This document shows positions 1 through 12,479 of a DNA stretch of 64,000 bases, piece after piece; the first letter of the stretch is position 1, and each line of letters starts with the position of its first letter. The position numbers were made by a program, and so were the translations under genes. Source of the stretch: an uncultured Acidobacteriota bacterium (GTDB taxonomy: Bacteria > Acidobacteriota > Blastocatellia > RBC074); assembly GCA_963796275.1 (NCBI GenBank), contig CAWCKY010000003.1, forward strand, positions 704,001-768,000. The letters run 5' to 3'. Below the pieces are notes generated by a model, which saw only the letters and a list, made by a program, of their open reading frames with translations, had not been told where the DNA came from and ran no database searches.

Positions 1-397
1 TCTCCTGCCTGAGACGCTTGAGGAGCTCAATTTGCCGCCGCTCATCGTATCCCTTCAGTTTCGCCTTCAATCTTTTCAACAACTCGGCCTGCGTGCGCGG
101 GCGCTGCTCGAGGAGATCGAGCATTGTCTCGCGGGCATAATCCTCGAAGCTGCGCGACCAATAGCGCGGTTGTTTGCTAGGAGCTTTAGGCGCGAAGCGA
201 TAGATGGTGCCGCCAGAGACGAGCTCTTCGAGCAATAGAGCGAGCTTATCCGCAGGAAGTTTGAACGGGCCCGTCAGCCGGTCGCGAAGCTGCTGAACGG
301 TAACGGGTTCGGCCGCCTCCGTGAGCGCTTTCGCGACCACTGCGATCTCAATCGATGGGTCTGCCAGGGGATGAGTGGTGGCGGATGACATTTTCAT
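1..397 (-). CDS. Hypothetical protein, partial (runs off window start), possibly winged-helix-like
   Basis: Not in the ORF track. Manual translation from ATG 397 is open to the edge: MKMSSATTHPLADPSIEIAVVAKALTEAAEPVTVQQLRDRLTGPFKLPADKLALLLEELVSGGTIYRF...RPRTQAELLKRLK. Confidence 0.7.
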   Translation of the reverse strand, partial: MKMSSATTHPLADPSIEIAVVAKALTEAAEPVTVQQLRDRLTGPFKLPADKLALLLEELVSGGTIYRFAPKAPSKQPRYWSRSFEDYARETMLDLLEQRPRTQAELLKRLKAKLKGYDERRQIELLKRLRQE

Positions 398-490
398 TAT
401 CGTCTCGGGTCGCTTGCCTGCTAGGGGAGAGAACCGTGACCGTTCTTCCAAATGCAAGCGCGGCTGTTTACAGCGAGCAAGAGCATAGCA

Positions 491-519
491 TTGACGGGGA
501 AGTCAGGCAAATTTATAGT
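491..519 (+). promoter_or_regulatory. Sigma70-type promoter of suhB (probably leaderless)
   Basis: TTGACG-N17-TATAGT, ending 6 nt before ATG 526. Confidence 0.6.
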
Positions 520-525
520 TCACCC

Positions 526-1344
<819 letters not shown>

Positions 1345-1351
1345 GGATGCG

Positions 1352-1459
1352 GTTAATAGTTGAAAGTTGATAGTTGAAAGTTGATAGTTTGTATAAATTG
1401 TTGCCACAGTGTTTACGAACTATCAACTATCAGCTTTCAATTATCAATTATCAACTATT
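1352..1459. repeat. Inverted heptamer arrays (GTTGATA)n ... (TATCAAC)n
   Basis: About 5 units on each arm flanking a 28-nt spacer. Confidence 0.9.
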
Positions 1460-1479
1460 GGTATCACCTGTAGCCTTTT

Positions 1480-2394
1480 ATGATCGCGAAAACGCGATCC
1501 GCAAATAAAGGGGTTTTGTCAGTGTCAACACTTGATCTCAAGACTGTAGGTGTATTCGTCGGGCCGCAAAAGCCGGAAGCCCTCGCCGTCGTGCGTGATT
1601 TGCAGAAATGGTGCGAGCGGCGCGGGATTGAATTGCGCACGGTCGGGACGAGCCTGCAGGAGATGGATTGCACCCCTCTCGCGCAGGAGAATGGGGAACT
1701 CGCCGAAGATGTCGATCTCTTCGTTGTGCTGGGAGGTGACGGAACGATACTTGGCGCGGCGCGCCTCGTCGGCGCGCGCCGTATTCCCGTGCTCGGAGTA
1801 AATTTCGGATGGCTCGGATATTTGACCGAGTTCACTCTTGATGAGTTGTTTCAGGCGCTCGACGGCGTCCGCAACGGAGATTTTTCGGTCGATTGCCGAA
1901 TGATGCTCGACGTGATTCTCGAGCGTGACGGGCGGGCCATCGCCACGTATCGCGCCTTGAACGATGCTGTTATTAATAAAGGCGCGCCGGTTCGTATGAT
2001 CGAACTAGACTGCTATATTGACGGGATGTTCGTCAGCAGTTTTAGGGCGGACGGCATGATCGTTGCTACGCCAACCGGTTCAACTGCCTACTCGCTCTCG
2101 GCCGGCGGCCCGATCGTTCACCCGAGCATGTCAGCCATCCTTCTCACTCCCATTTGTCCCCATATGCTCTCGAACAGGCCCGTCGTCGTTCCAGGCGAGA
2201 GCCTCATCGAGGTTGTCTTCAAGAGAGCGGGGGAAGGTCTGATGTTGACCGTAGACGGTCAGATCGCCATCAGCCTTCTTCCCGATGACAGGGTCTCGAT
2301 TGTCCAAAGCGAATCTAAGTTCGAGCTCGTGCGGCCGACAAATCGTAATTATTTCGAGGTGCTTAAAACTAAGTTGAAGTGGGGAAACATGTGA
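1480..2394 (+). CDS. nadK: NAD(+) kinase
   Basis: GGDGT, LND and DGMIVATPTGSTAYSLSAGGP motifs; true start may be GTG 1522. Confidence 0.93.
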   Translation: MIAKTRSANKGVLSVSTLDLKTVGVFVGPQKPEALAVVRDLQKWCERRGIELRTVGTSLQEMDCTPLAQENGELAEDVDLFVVLGGDGTILGAARLVGARRIPVLGVNFGWLGYLTEFTLDELFQALDGVRNGDFSVDCRMMLDVILERDGRAIATYRALNDAVINKGAPVRMIELDCYIDGMFVSSFRADGMIVATPTGSTAYSLSAGGPIVHPSMSAILLTPICPHMLSNRPVVVPGESLIEVVFKRAGEGLMLTVDGQIAISLLPDDRVSIVQSESKFELVRPTNRNYFEVLKTKLKWGNM

Positions 2395-2403
2395 TTTTTG
2401 ACG

Positions 2404-2464
2404 GCGGATTGCGGATTGGCATCGGATGAGGCCGTACGCATATGCGCAATCGGCATTCCGCATC
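2404..2464. repeat. Inverted heptamer pair (GCGGATT)2 ... CGCAATC/GGCATTC/CGCATC
   Basis: Direct reading; the same motif occurs in the suhB 3' end near 1309. Confidence 0.6.
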
Positions 2465-2477
2465 GAAGGAGGGTTGT

Positions 2478-3179
2478 ATGCTGTTTCCGGTCGGCGATGA
2501 TAATACGGGGCGGGGGATTACACCCTTTGTCAATTATCTTTTAATAGCAATCAATCTGTTGGTATTTTTCTTTCTGCAATCGAGCGAGGCATTCACGCTT
2601 GGATACAGCGTGGTACCAGCGGAGATTACACATGGCGAAGACATAGTCCGCCTTGGAAACTCCAGGTTGAAACTCTACCCCGGACCATCGCCCATCTATT
2701 TGACCCTCTTCTCCGCGATGTTTATGCACGGTGGAATAGCCCATCTTCTGGGAAATATGCTCTATCTATGGATCTTCGGCGACAACGTCGAGGACCGGAT
2801 GGGTCATCTGAAATATCTGATCTTCTACGTTATCTGCGGACTGCTGGCGAGCGCGGCGCACATCTTTTTCGCGCCGAACTCGATCATTCCGTCTCTCGGC
2901 GCTTCCGGCGCTATTGCCGGGGTACTGGGTGCTTATCTTGTCCTCTTTCCAGCTCAGGGCGTGAGGGTCTTCTTTTTCGGCGGCATCGTCGTACTACCCG
3001 CGCTCATCGTCATTGGAATCTGGGGATTGATGCAATTCTACAGCGGATTCGGCTCGCTGGGGAGAATCGGGGAGAGCGGCGGGGTGGCCTATATGGCTCA
3101 TATCGGTGGCTTCGTCGCAGGGATATTATTGGTCTTCCTATTTCGTAGACCGCCCGCGAAGGTGCCTCGATATGAATAG
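2478..3179 (+). CDS. Rhomboid family intramembrane serine protease
   Basis: MFMHGGIAHLLGNM, GASGAIAG (catalytic Ser) and AHIGG (catalytic His). Confidence 0.92.
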   Translation: MLFPVGDDNTGRGITPFVNYLLIAINLLVFFFLQSSEAFTLGYSVVPAEITHGEDIVRLGNSRLKLYPGPSPIYLTLFSAMFMHGGIAHLLGNMLYLWIFGDNVEDRMGHLKYLIFYVICGLLASAAHIFFAPNSIIPSLGASGAIAGVLGAYLVLFPAQGVRVFFFGGIVVLPALIVIGIWGLMQFYSGFGSLGRIGESGGVAYMAHIGGFVAGILLVFLFRRPPAKVPRYE

Positions 3180-3227
3180 TTTCGCTGAAATCCGTGGTTC
3201 ACTCATGCGCGAGTGTCACAGCAATTT

Positions 3228-3306
3228 GCGTATGGAGTTCCGCGTTTACGCGGTCTTTTTCTTTTCGCATGATTTCCCGGCCGCCTGAATGCGGAACTCC
3301 ATACGC
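3228..3306. repeat. REP doublet (REPIN-like) hairpin
   Basis: 28-bp arm GCGTATGGAGTTCCGCGTTTACGCGGTC and its inverted copy (24/28 match); each arm has its own CCGC-N6-GCGG palindrome preceded by GGAG. Confidence 0.8.
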
Positions 3307-3442
3307 GATTTTTACTATGCGGGCCCGGACTGTCTGCGGAGAAATTTTCTGCGCACACATACTATTCTCTGCGTATTCGCGTCTTGCGGCGAACCGGGAA
3401 TTTCATATTCAACACAGAGCAGCTCGACCGCAGGTCTGATTT

Positions 3443-5203
3443 ATGAATTTATCCGGTTACCAGCTGATCACAGAGACTGATGACATCCCACGAGTGGCCG
3501 AAGCGCTGATCGCCGAGCCTGCGATCGCCGTCGATACCGAGACCACGGGCCTTGACCCGCACACCTCGAAACTGCGACTGATTCAGCTCGCGACGCCCCG
3601 AGCGAGTTTCATCGTCGATCTATTTCGTCTGCCCACCGGCGCGCTATCGCCTATTCTCGATTGTCTGGCAGCGCCGCGACCGATCAAGGTCCTTCACAAT
3701 GCTAAGTTCGATGCCAAGTTTTTGCTCAGGCACTGCGGAATAAGGTTGAACGCCATCTTCGACACATACCTGGCCAGCATGCTCATCAGCGCCGGTAATG
3801 ATAATGACCGCCACGGGCTGGAGCCTGTTGCCAATCGCTATCTCAACCTGCAGATCGACAAGGAGCACCAATTGAGCGATTGGTCCAGGGAATTGAGCGG
3901 GCACCAGCTGGAGTATGCCGCTCGGGATGCCGCGGTTCTTCTGCCGCTGCGCGAGCGGCTCCTGTCGAAACTCGAAGAGATGGATTTGCTCGTCGCGGCC
4001 GATCTCGAATTCGGCTGTGTGCTGTCGATCGCCGCGTTGGAGCTGGCGGGCATCTATCTCGACGTCGACCGCTGGCGCGCATTGATAGAGCGGAACCGCA
4101 TCGAACACCATCGAATTGCGGAAACGCTGCAGGACGAACTGGGGATGGGTGCTGCGCAGTTGAGCCTTTTCGACGGCACTGCGGAGCGGATCAATCTTGA
4201 CAGCCCCGCTCAGGTGAAATATGCGCTGGCGCGCCTCGGCATCGATGTCGAGGACACTCGTGAATGGACGTTGCAGAAACTCTCACGTAATCACCCCGTC
4301 CTCGATAGACTACTCAAACACCGCAGCCTCAGCAAAAACCTTTCGTCTTATGGAGAAGGCGTCCTCGACTACATCAATTCCGCCACCGGGCGCATCCATG
4401 CGGATTTTCGCCAGATTGGAACTCCGACCGGGCGCATTACGACCTCATCGCCCAGCCTGCAACAAATCCCCCACACGATGGAATATCGCTCTTGCTTCCG
4501 CGCGCCTCTCGGAAGAAAGCTGATCGTCGCCGACTATTCGCAGGTGGAGATGCGGATACTTGCTGATTTTTCGGGAGACGATGCCTTATTGGCCGCTTTC
4601 GATTCCGGCGCCGATCTGCACCGGATAACGGCGTCGGAGATGTTCGGCATCCCGATCGACCAGGTCACTCCGCGGCAGCGGGAAAGCGCGAAAGGCTTGA
4701 ACTACGGGTTGGTTTACGGGATGGGGGCTGAAGGACTGGCGGGCAGGATCGAGACGAGCGTGAATGAAGCACAGGATTTGATCGATCGTTACTTCAACGC
4801 TTATGCAGGCGTCGCGCGCTGGTTGACTGAGGCCGCTGAGCGCGCGGTGCGACAGGGGGCGAGCCGCACGGCCTCGGGGAGAATATGGATTTACCGGTTA
4901 GACCCGGAAGACCGCCAGCAGTTCAATGCGCTCAAGCGAGTCGGTAAGAATGCTCCGATCCAGGGCACGGCATCCGATATTTTTAAACGCGCCATGACGC
5001 TTCTCGATGAGGCCCTCTTGAGAATAGATGCGCGAATAGTCAACAGCATCCACGATGAGCTCGTCGTCGAATGCGACGAGTCGATTGCCGAAGAGGTGAA
5101 AGAGATAGTCGTATGTAAGATGATCGAGGGGGCCAAGGAATTTTTGCCGCGCGTCGCCGTTACCGTCGAGGGGGTGATTTCGGATGCGTGGCTCAAGAAA
5201 TAA
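3443..5203 (+). CDS. polA: Family A DNA polymerase with 3'-5' exonuclease, lacking the 5'-3' exonuclease (PolA-like, 586 aa)
   Basis: Exo I DTETTG, Exo II HNAKFD, Exo III YAARD; motif A ADYSQVEMR, motif B RESAKGLNYGLVYG, motif C IHDE. Confidence 0.9.
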   Translation: MNLSGYQLITETDDIPRVAEALIAEPAIAVDTETTGLDPHTSKLRLIQLATPRASFIVDLFRLPTGALSPILDCLAAPRPIKVLHNAKFDAKFLLRHCGIRLNAIFDTYLASMLISAGNDNDRHGLEPVANRYLNLQIDKEHQLSDWSRELSGHQLEYAARDAAVLLPLRERLLSKLEEMDLLVAADLEFGCVLSIAALELAGIYLDVDRWRALIERNRIEHHRIAETLQDELGMGAAQLSLFDGTAERINLDSPAQVKYALARLGIDVEDTREWTLQKLSRNHPVLDRLLKHRSLSKNLSSYGEGVLDYINSATGRIHADFRQIGTPTGRITTSSPSLQQIPHTMEYRSCFRAPLGRKLIVADYSQVEMRILADFSGDDALLAAFDSGADLHRITASEMFGIPIDQVTPRQRESAKGLNYGLVYGMGAEGLAGRIETSVNEAQDLIDRYFNAYAGVARWLTEAAERAVRQGASRTASGRIWIYRLDPEDRQQFNALKRVGKNAPIQGTASDIFKRAMTLLDEALLRIDARIVNSIHDELVVECDESIAEEVKEIVVCKMIEGAKEFLPRVAVTVEGVISDAWLKK

Positions 5204-5204
5204 A

Positions 5205-5289
5205 TAGTCCGGAGTCCGCATTTGGCAAGTGAGACTGACCCCAGACTCCACATCTCGACTCCACATAGAGACTCCCGGCTATAACTCCC
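5205..5289. repeat. GACTCC repeats with 13-nt period, plus an inverted GGAGTC copy
   Basis: GACTCC at 5244, 5257, 5270 and AACTCC at 5283; AGTCCGGAGTCC at 5205. Confidence 0.6.
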
Positions 5290-5302
5290 AGGATTAGCGG
5301 TT

Positions 5303-7099
5303 ATGAAATGGCTGGCAGTCGTCGCCGTTCTACTGATGCTTCTTTTGTCGCTCATTCCGCAGGCGGATCTCTGCCGGCGTGTCGGAGATGAATGGCATGG
5401 CGCTTACGCTTATGCGCATTACGACGAGGATATTTATGCCGCCTATCTCAACGGCCTGATACTCGGGCGAGGCAGGCGTAGCGACCCACTGGTCGAACCG
5501 CAAGACGTGCCGCCTGAGTCATTCTTCTCTATTCAGTTCGTAACTCCAGCCATTCTCACGGCAGTCGCGCGCACCACAGGGCTGAGCGCGGCACAGATTT
5601 TTATCGTATTCCCACCGCTATTGGCCTCGTTGGCCGCCTTCCTGCTCTTTCACCTGCTGGTTACTCTAACTTCTGATGAGCGACTTTCCTGCTGCGGAAC
5701 GCTCCTCGTCTTATGTTTCGGTGCGGCGGCAGGGCGGGACGGCAAAATTGCTGCGCTGCTGCACGGAGAGGTATATTACGCGGGATTTCCATTTCTGCGA
5801 CGTTACCAGCCCGGATTTTCATTTATTCTATTTTTTCTGTTTGTACTCTTCGTGTATCTGGCATTTACCCGGTGGGATCGACGGCGGGGGCTGCCGGCGG
5901 CGATCATCGCAGCTTTAACTTTTGCGTTAATGCTCTTTACTTATTTCTTTCTCTGGACAGCCGCACTGGCATGGCTCTTTATCGTCGTCGCGCTTTGGTT
6001 CATCGCTCGTCCATCGGAAAGAAGGCGGGTTGCCGGGAGACTGCTGCCACTGGCGATTATCGGGGGCGGGGCGCTTGCCGTGTATGGGTACGTGCTGGCT
6101 GGGATGGCTGAAAACACCAGTTCAGTTCAATTCCTGGAACATACGCGTGCGCCCGATCTATGGCGCGGTCCCGAACTCATCGGGGCAGTCGTGTTGGTTG
6201 TGGTGATAATGACAGTCAGACGGCAAAAGGCTTCCTGGGATGACCCGCTGATACTTCTGACATTGTCGTTTGCCATAGTTCCGTTCGGCGTTTTCAATCA
6301 GCAGCTCCTGACCGGGCTTTCGCTTCAGCCATTTCACTACGAAATTTTTATCTTGAATTACGTCGTGCTCCTGGCCGCCGTATTGACGTTTGCTATTCAG
6401 CGCCGCTTCACGCTGATTGCCAGCGGGTCGCTGTCGATGCCGGCCTTTATAGCGCTATGTTTCATAAGCGTCTATTGGGGGCTAACGGAGATGAGATATA
6501 ACGCGTTTCGTGAGCGCGATCGTAATCTGGCGCGCAATGGATTCGTTCCCGTGGCGAAGCGATTGAAAGAGCTGTCTTCCCACAACCAGGGAGAGCGAGA
6601 GGTCGTATATTCGCCCGATACATATGTGGTGGCCGATAACACGGCCGGCTATGCGCCTCAATCGCCTCTCTGGGCGACTCATATGATTGTTATCCCGTCG
6701 CTGGGCGAACAACAGCGGCAGAACAGATTTTTTCATTATCTCTATTACAGCGGTATCGCTCCCGTTCAATTGGAGCAACGGCTGAGGAATCAGGGGTTCA
6801 TTGAAACGAGCGCCCTCTTCGGTTACGAGCGATTTGCGCGGCATCTGGTATCGCAATTCAAACCTTCGACCAGTGATGAGGTTGGTAGAAAAGTCAGGGA
6901 GTACTCTGACTTTGTGAACGCCTTCGATGCTTCCCAGGCAGCGCGGCCCAGGCTCTCGTACGCCATCGTCAGATCTGATTCTCAGTTCGATTTTTCCCGT
7001 TTGGATCGCTGGTACGAAAGAGAACAGACAGAGGAAATCGGCGAATATCAACTGATTCGCCTGCGATTGCGGGCCCGTTCTACCGCGGGTTTCAAGTGA
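5303..7099 (+). CDS. Polytopic membrane protein, GT-C-like
   Basis: About 11-12 hydrophobic helices, acidic YDEDIY in the first external loop, soluble C-terminal domain. Confidence 0.6.
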   Translation: MKWLAVVAVLLMLLLSLIPQADLCRRVGDEWHGAYAYAHYDEDIYAAYLNGLILGRGRRSDPLVEPQDVPPESFFSIQFVTPAILTAVARTTGLSAAQIFIVFPPLLASLAAFLLFHLLVTLTSDERLSCCGTLLVLCFGAAAGRDGKIAALLHGEVYYAGFPFLRRYQPGFSFILFFLFVLFVYLAFTRWDRRRGLPAAIIAALTFALMLFTYFFLWTAALAWLFIVVALWFIARPSERRRVAGRLLPLAIIGGGALAVYGYVLAGMAENTSSVQFLEHTRAPDLWRGPELIGAVVLVVVIMTVRRQKASWDDPLILLTLSFAIVPFGVFNQQLLTGLSLQPFHYEIFILNYVVLLAAVLTFAIQRRFTLIASGSLSMPAFIALCFISVYWGLTEMRYNAFRERDRNLARNGFVPVAKRLKELSSHNQGEREVVYSPDTYVVADNTAGYAPQSPLWATHMIVIPSLGEQQRQNRFFHYLYYSGIAPVQLEQRLRNQGFIETSALFGYERFARHLVSQFKPSTSDEVGRKVREYSDFVNAFDASQAARPRLSYAIVRSDSQFDFSRLDRWYEREQTEEIGEYQLIRLRLRARSTAGFK

Positions 7100-7133
7100 T
7101 GATGGAAATTATTTTGGGGCGAGGTATCTTCCT

Positions 7134-8975
7134 TCATTTGCGTTGATAGGCCAGGATGAAGAAAGGCTTATCGCCCAGCCGCGCCCCGGCGCTATAGTCG
7201 GAATCGAACCTTTCGATCAATCGGTAGTTGTTCTCGATCCAGCGCATCAGTCCCGGGTTGTAATCAGTGCCGAATACGACGTCGCGGAATTCAGGTGTGA
7301 GTAGGTTGACCACCAGGATCATCGGCACTCGCTGCGCCTCGAGTCGGCGTATCCCCTCTTCGTCGGACAGAAACCCCGGATGAATTATCTCTTCACGGAA
7401 TGGCTGGCGCCGTCCCGTCAGAAAATTGATGGCCGTAGCCTGTGGCAGCGTCAGTAAGAAGTCATCAGGTCGTGTGCGTTCCTCAACAAATCGTAGCGCC
7501 GCGGCGATCGGTTGGCCGTATGGCGGTTCGGTGATGAAGCTGCCGCGAACCGTTCCCACTCCGTATGTATTACGAGTGCGGAGACGATAGATCGAATTGA
7601 TCCCGACGCCGATGATCATCAAGCCGATTAATGCCATCGCCGCAAGGCGCACATTTTCCCGGACCGGCTTCGATGGTACCAGCATGCGGGGGAATGTCCG
7701 GAAGAGCAGATAGAGGCAGGCGACGATGACTACGGGTAGGAAGAATGGCGCATAGGGTCCGTTTGCCGCTACATTCAGGATGACCCGCAGAGTTGAGATC
7801 AGCGCAAAGACGAAGACGACAAGCAGCATGCCCTCTTCAATCGGGATCTCCTGCTTCTTGCGCCACGCTCGCGCCAATCTCCAGCTTAAGATGATGATGG
7901 CAGCCGCGAGGACGATCGGCATCGATGTTAGCGGCGTAGCATCGATGTGGACGCGGAATATTTCGAGCACAACCTTCCACCAGGCCAGCCCAAGTATTAT
8001 CAGCAGCAATCCGCGACCGGTGGCGACGCGCCATCCGTCGTGCTTGCGGTATGAAATCAATCCGCCGATCAATGCGCTCAAGCCTATCCACACGGCAAAA
8101 ACTCCCAGCCCGGTTGCGGTGTACCAGAGAGATTTAGGCCACTCGGAGAGCCCGCTGATGAATCGGTTGAAATAGATCAACTGAGGGGGCATGTTTGAGA
8201 ACAGGATGTGGTTATCTTCTATCAGAGTACGCCAGGGCACGCGCGTCAGAATGAAACCATAGACGGCAGCGACGATCGCGATGACAGGCAGCGCAAAGAA
8301 TACCGCGTCTCGCCAGAGAATCCGGCGCTCCGAGATGCTGCGGATGGTAATCGCGATAGCGGCTGCCGCGAGCGCGGCCAGAGCGGTCTCGGGTTTGGTG
8401 ATTACCGCGAAACCTGCACACGCGCCCGCGCCGATCAGCCGGGACAGGCGTTTGTCGCGGAGATAGCTGGTTGTGCAGACTAGCGATGCGAGGGCGAACA
8501 AAAGCCCGTAGAGCGCGGCATAAGCGTAAGGCGAAATGTAATTCGCGGTGGACTTGATGGCACAGACGACCAGCACCAGTCCGGTTACCAGCATCGCCTG
8601 GTGAGCTTTCATCAATTGGCGCGATAGACGGTATATCATCAATAAAATCAGAACGCCCGAGATGGCTCCGGCTGTTTTCAAGACCGTCTGGTCGATTCCG
8701 AAAACGCGATAGAGAAAAGCGTTGAAATAAGGCGCAAAAGGGCCATAGAGAAATTGGACATCGACATATAGCTGCTCGCCCGCAAGTATGCGAGCGGGAA
8801 GGTTCATCTCTCGCCCGTGATCGACGATCGGTTGCGTCCAGCGCTGCCACGTGCCGATGAGCATGAATGCAAAGAGGGCAGCCAGCGCGAGCAACACCTG
8901 CGCGTCCCGGCGAGTCAGCCCAAGATAATAAACGGAGATGTGGCGGTTCGAGTTGATAGTTGTCGATGATTTCAT
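7134..8975 (-). CDS. Glycosyltransferase family 39 (ArnT/PMT-like) membrane protein
   Basis: DHGRE and LYVDVQFLYGP after TM1, a TKPE motif, many TM segments. Confidence 0.75.
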   Translation of the reverse strand: MKSSTTINSNRHISVYYLGLTRRDAQVLLALAALFAFMLIGTWQRWTQPIVDHGREMNLPARILAGEQLYVDVQFLYGPFAPYFNAFLYRVFGIDQTVLKTAGAISGVLILLMIYRLSRQLMKAHQAMLVTGLVLVVCAIKSTANYISPYAYAALYGLLFALASLVCTTSYLRDKRLSRLIGAGACAGFAVITKPETALAALAAAAIAITIRSISERRILWRDAVFFALPVIAIVAAVYGFILTRVPWRTLIEDNHILFSNMPPQLIYFNRFISGLSEWPKSLWYTATGLGVFAVWIGLSALIGGLISYRKHDGWRVATGRGLLLIILGLAWWKVVLEIFRVHIDATPLTSMPIVLAAAIIILSWRLARAWRKKQEIPIEEGMLLVVFVFALISTLRVILNVAANGPYAPFFLPVVIVACLYLLFRTFPRMLVPSKPVRENVRLAAMALIGLMIIGVGINSIYRLRTRNTYGVGTVRGSFITEPPYGQPIAAALRFVEERTRPDDFLLTLPQATAINFLTGRRQPFREEIIHPGFLSDEEGIRRLEAQRVPMILVVNLLTPEFRDVVFGTDYNPGLMRWIENNYRLIERFDSDYSAGARLGDKPFFILAYQRK

Positions 8976-9126
8976 GGAAAACTATGGAAATTATAACCGG
9001 AAAAGCCTGTAACTTTGCTATAGCTAAGCAGAAGATCGAAAGACCCGGTTGACATTCGAGCCCGCCCGCAGGCATTATCGCAGACTGACCACAGCAGCCA
9101 AAAATCGCTGCCAGGGCATTAAAGCT

Positions 9127-9831
9127 ATGATACAAGACAGTCTCACTTTGAGAGTGACTCTCAGTAAACTGGCGGAACTCGACCGCTACAATCACTGGGT
9201 TTATGAACAGATCGCCGAAGCTCTGGGCGATCGGATTCTCGAGGTAGGTTCCGGGACTGGAAACATCACTCAGTTCATCTGCGCCAATGGCGGTAATGTC
9301 ACGGCCACCGATGTCGTCCCCGGTTTTCGTAATATTCTGCAAAGTTCGTTTGGCGAAATGCCTAACGTTGATATCGGCAATTTTGACCTGACGGCGAAAG
9401 CGCCGGAAGAGTTCATCAACCGCGCATTCGATACCGTCGTCTGTCTCAACGTGCTGGAGCACATCGAAGACGACCACTTCGCCCTGCAGCAGATGCGGGA
9501 GGTGTTGATATACGGCGGCAGGCTCGCTCTGCTGGTGCCGGCGCATCGGGTTCTGTATGGTGACTTCGACCGGGCCGTCGGCCATTACCGGCGTTACGAG
9601 AAGACCGAGTTAATAGGAAAACTCAAACGGGCCGGGTTCAACGTACTCAATGTGAAATTTTTCAGTATCGCTGCCGTCTTGCCATGGCTGATCAACGGAC
9701 GGTTGCTCAAGCGAGACTACCTGCCGACAGGTCAGGCGAGCCTCGCGAATCGTCTGGTGCCGCTCTTGAAACTTGAGCGCATGATTGGCCCACCTTTCGG
9801 CTTATCACTGATTGCCATAGGAGAAAAATAA
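9127..9831 (+). CDS. Class I SAM-dependent methyltransferase
   Basis: [31 protein letters not shown]. Confidence 0.88.
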   Translation: MIQDSLTLRVTLSKLAELDRYNHWVYEQIAEALGDRILEVGSGTGNITQFICANGGNVTATDVVPGFRNILQSSFGEMPNVDIGNFDLTAKAPEEFINRAFDTVVCLNVLEHIEDDHFALQQMREVLIYGGRLALLVPAHRVLYGDFDRAVGHYRRYEKTELIGKLKRAGFNVLNVKFFSIAAVLPWLINGRLLKRDYLPTGQASLANRLVPLLKLERMIGPPFGLSLIAIGEK

Positions 9832-10018
9832 AACAGAGAGATAGGAAGTAAGAAGCAGGGGGGCGGGAGTATGAGATTCTTTGGGTTTATAACCGAACGA
9901 GCCTTATTATCTGGCGTTCCGTTTGGTTTTTAAGGCGAATATCTGGAAGCTTAGATTAGCCTTTACCCGGAGATTCTGACTCTTTAATCTTGGGCTTCTT
10001 ACTACGTCATTAAAGAAT

Positions 10019-11803
<1,785 letters not shown>

Positions 11804-11806
11804 TTG

Positions 11807-11834
11807 TTGACTAAAAGACTGAGTATGCTATTCT
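11807..11834 (+). promoter_or_regulatory. Putative sigma70 promoter, module A
   Basis: TTGACT-N16-TATTCT with TG extension; homologous to 19871-19899. Confidence 0.5.
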
Positions 11835-12479
11835 GAACGACTGGTTTTTGAGTCTTACAATCGTTATATTTTGAAATAATCATACATAATATTTATTTCT
11901 ATGATTTCTTTATAGATTTTTATAGATATAGATAAGCTCTTTTTCCAACTTATTTCAATTGTCATTTCCGTTTGTAACGACCGGAAAGTTTCGAAATATC
12001 TTGGTTGCCCAGATAGGTATATCTGGACTAAATCTTTTCATCCCCAATGATGGTCTGAAATAAACCCCGAATCGATCATCGCATAGCTGCAACCAGAGCG
12101 AGAGTCAGCACATAGCATACAAATTGCATCTGCGCAGTATATTTGCTTCCCAACCTAGCCCACACTTGGTTGCACCTGATGATAGATGATATGGGGTGTA
12201 GCACAAAATCAGTTCCAGTAAAAATAGCTTGATTAGTATCGACATTATTTAAATGGCGTTTACTTAATGCAATGTAGATTGTTTTTTGCGATTGCAGCAA
12301 CCTATTACTCATTTTAGTCGTTAGTTCGCCTCAGTCAGATTAAGTTAATTCAGCCTGATTACTTACATGTGATCTTGTACGCGAGGGTATGGGTTGTTGT
12401 AGAAAAAATGCGCACGATGTTAGAGCTGGAAGGCAAAATTAACCAGCATAGCAGCCCCACTAGTCGAAAGACCTGAATT

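Noticed and set aside
3443-5203. Prophage origin of the polymerase locus
   Set aside because: No primase/helicase, integrase or structural genes nearby; flanks are housekeeping or envelope genes
8212-9585. 457-aa minus-strand ORF
   Set aside because: Shadow frame overlapping two well-supported genes; no motifs
12076-12312. Small ORFs in the AT-rich leaders (also 20155..20415)
   Set aside because: Atypical composition, no motifs, and not conserved between the two homologous leaders
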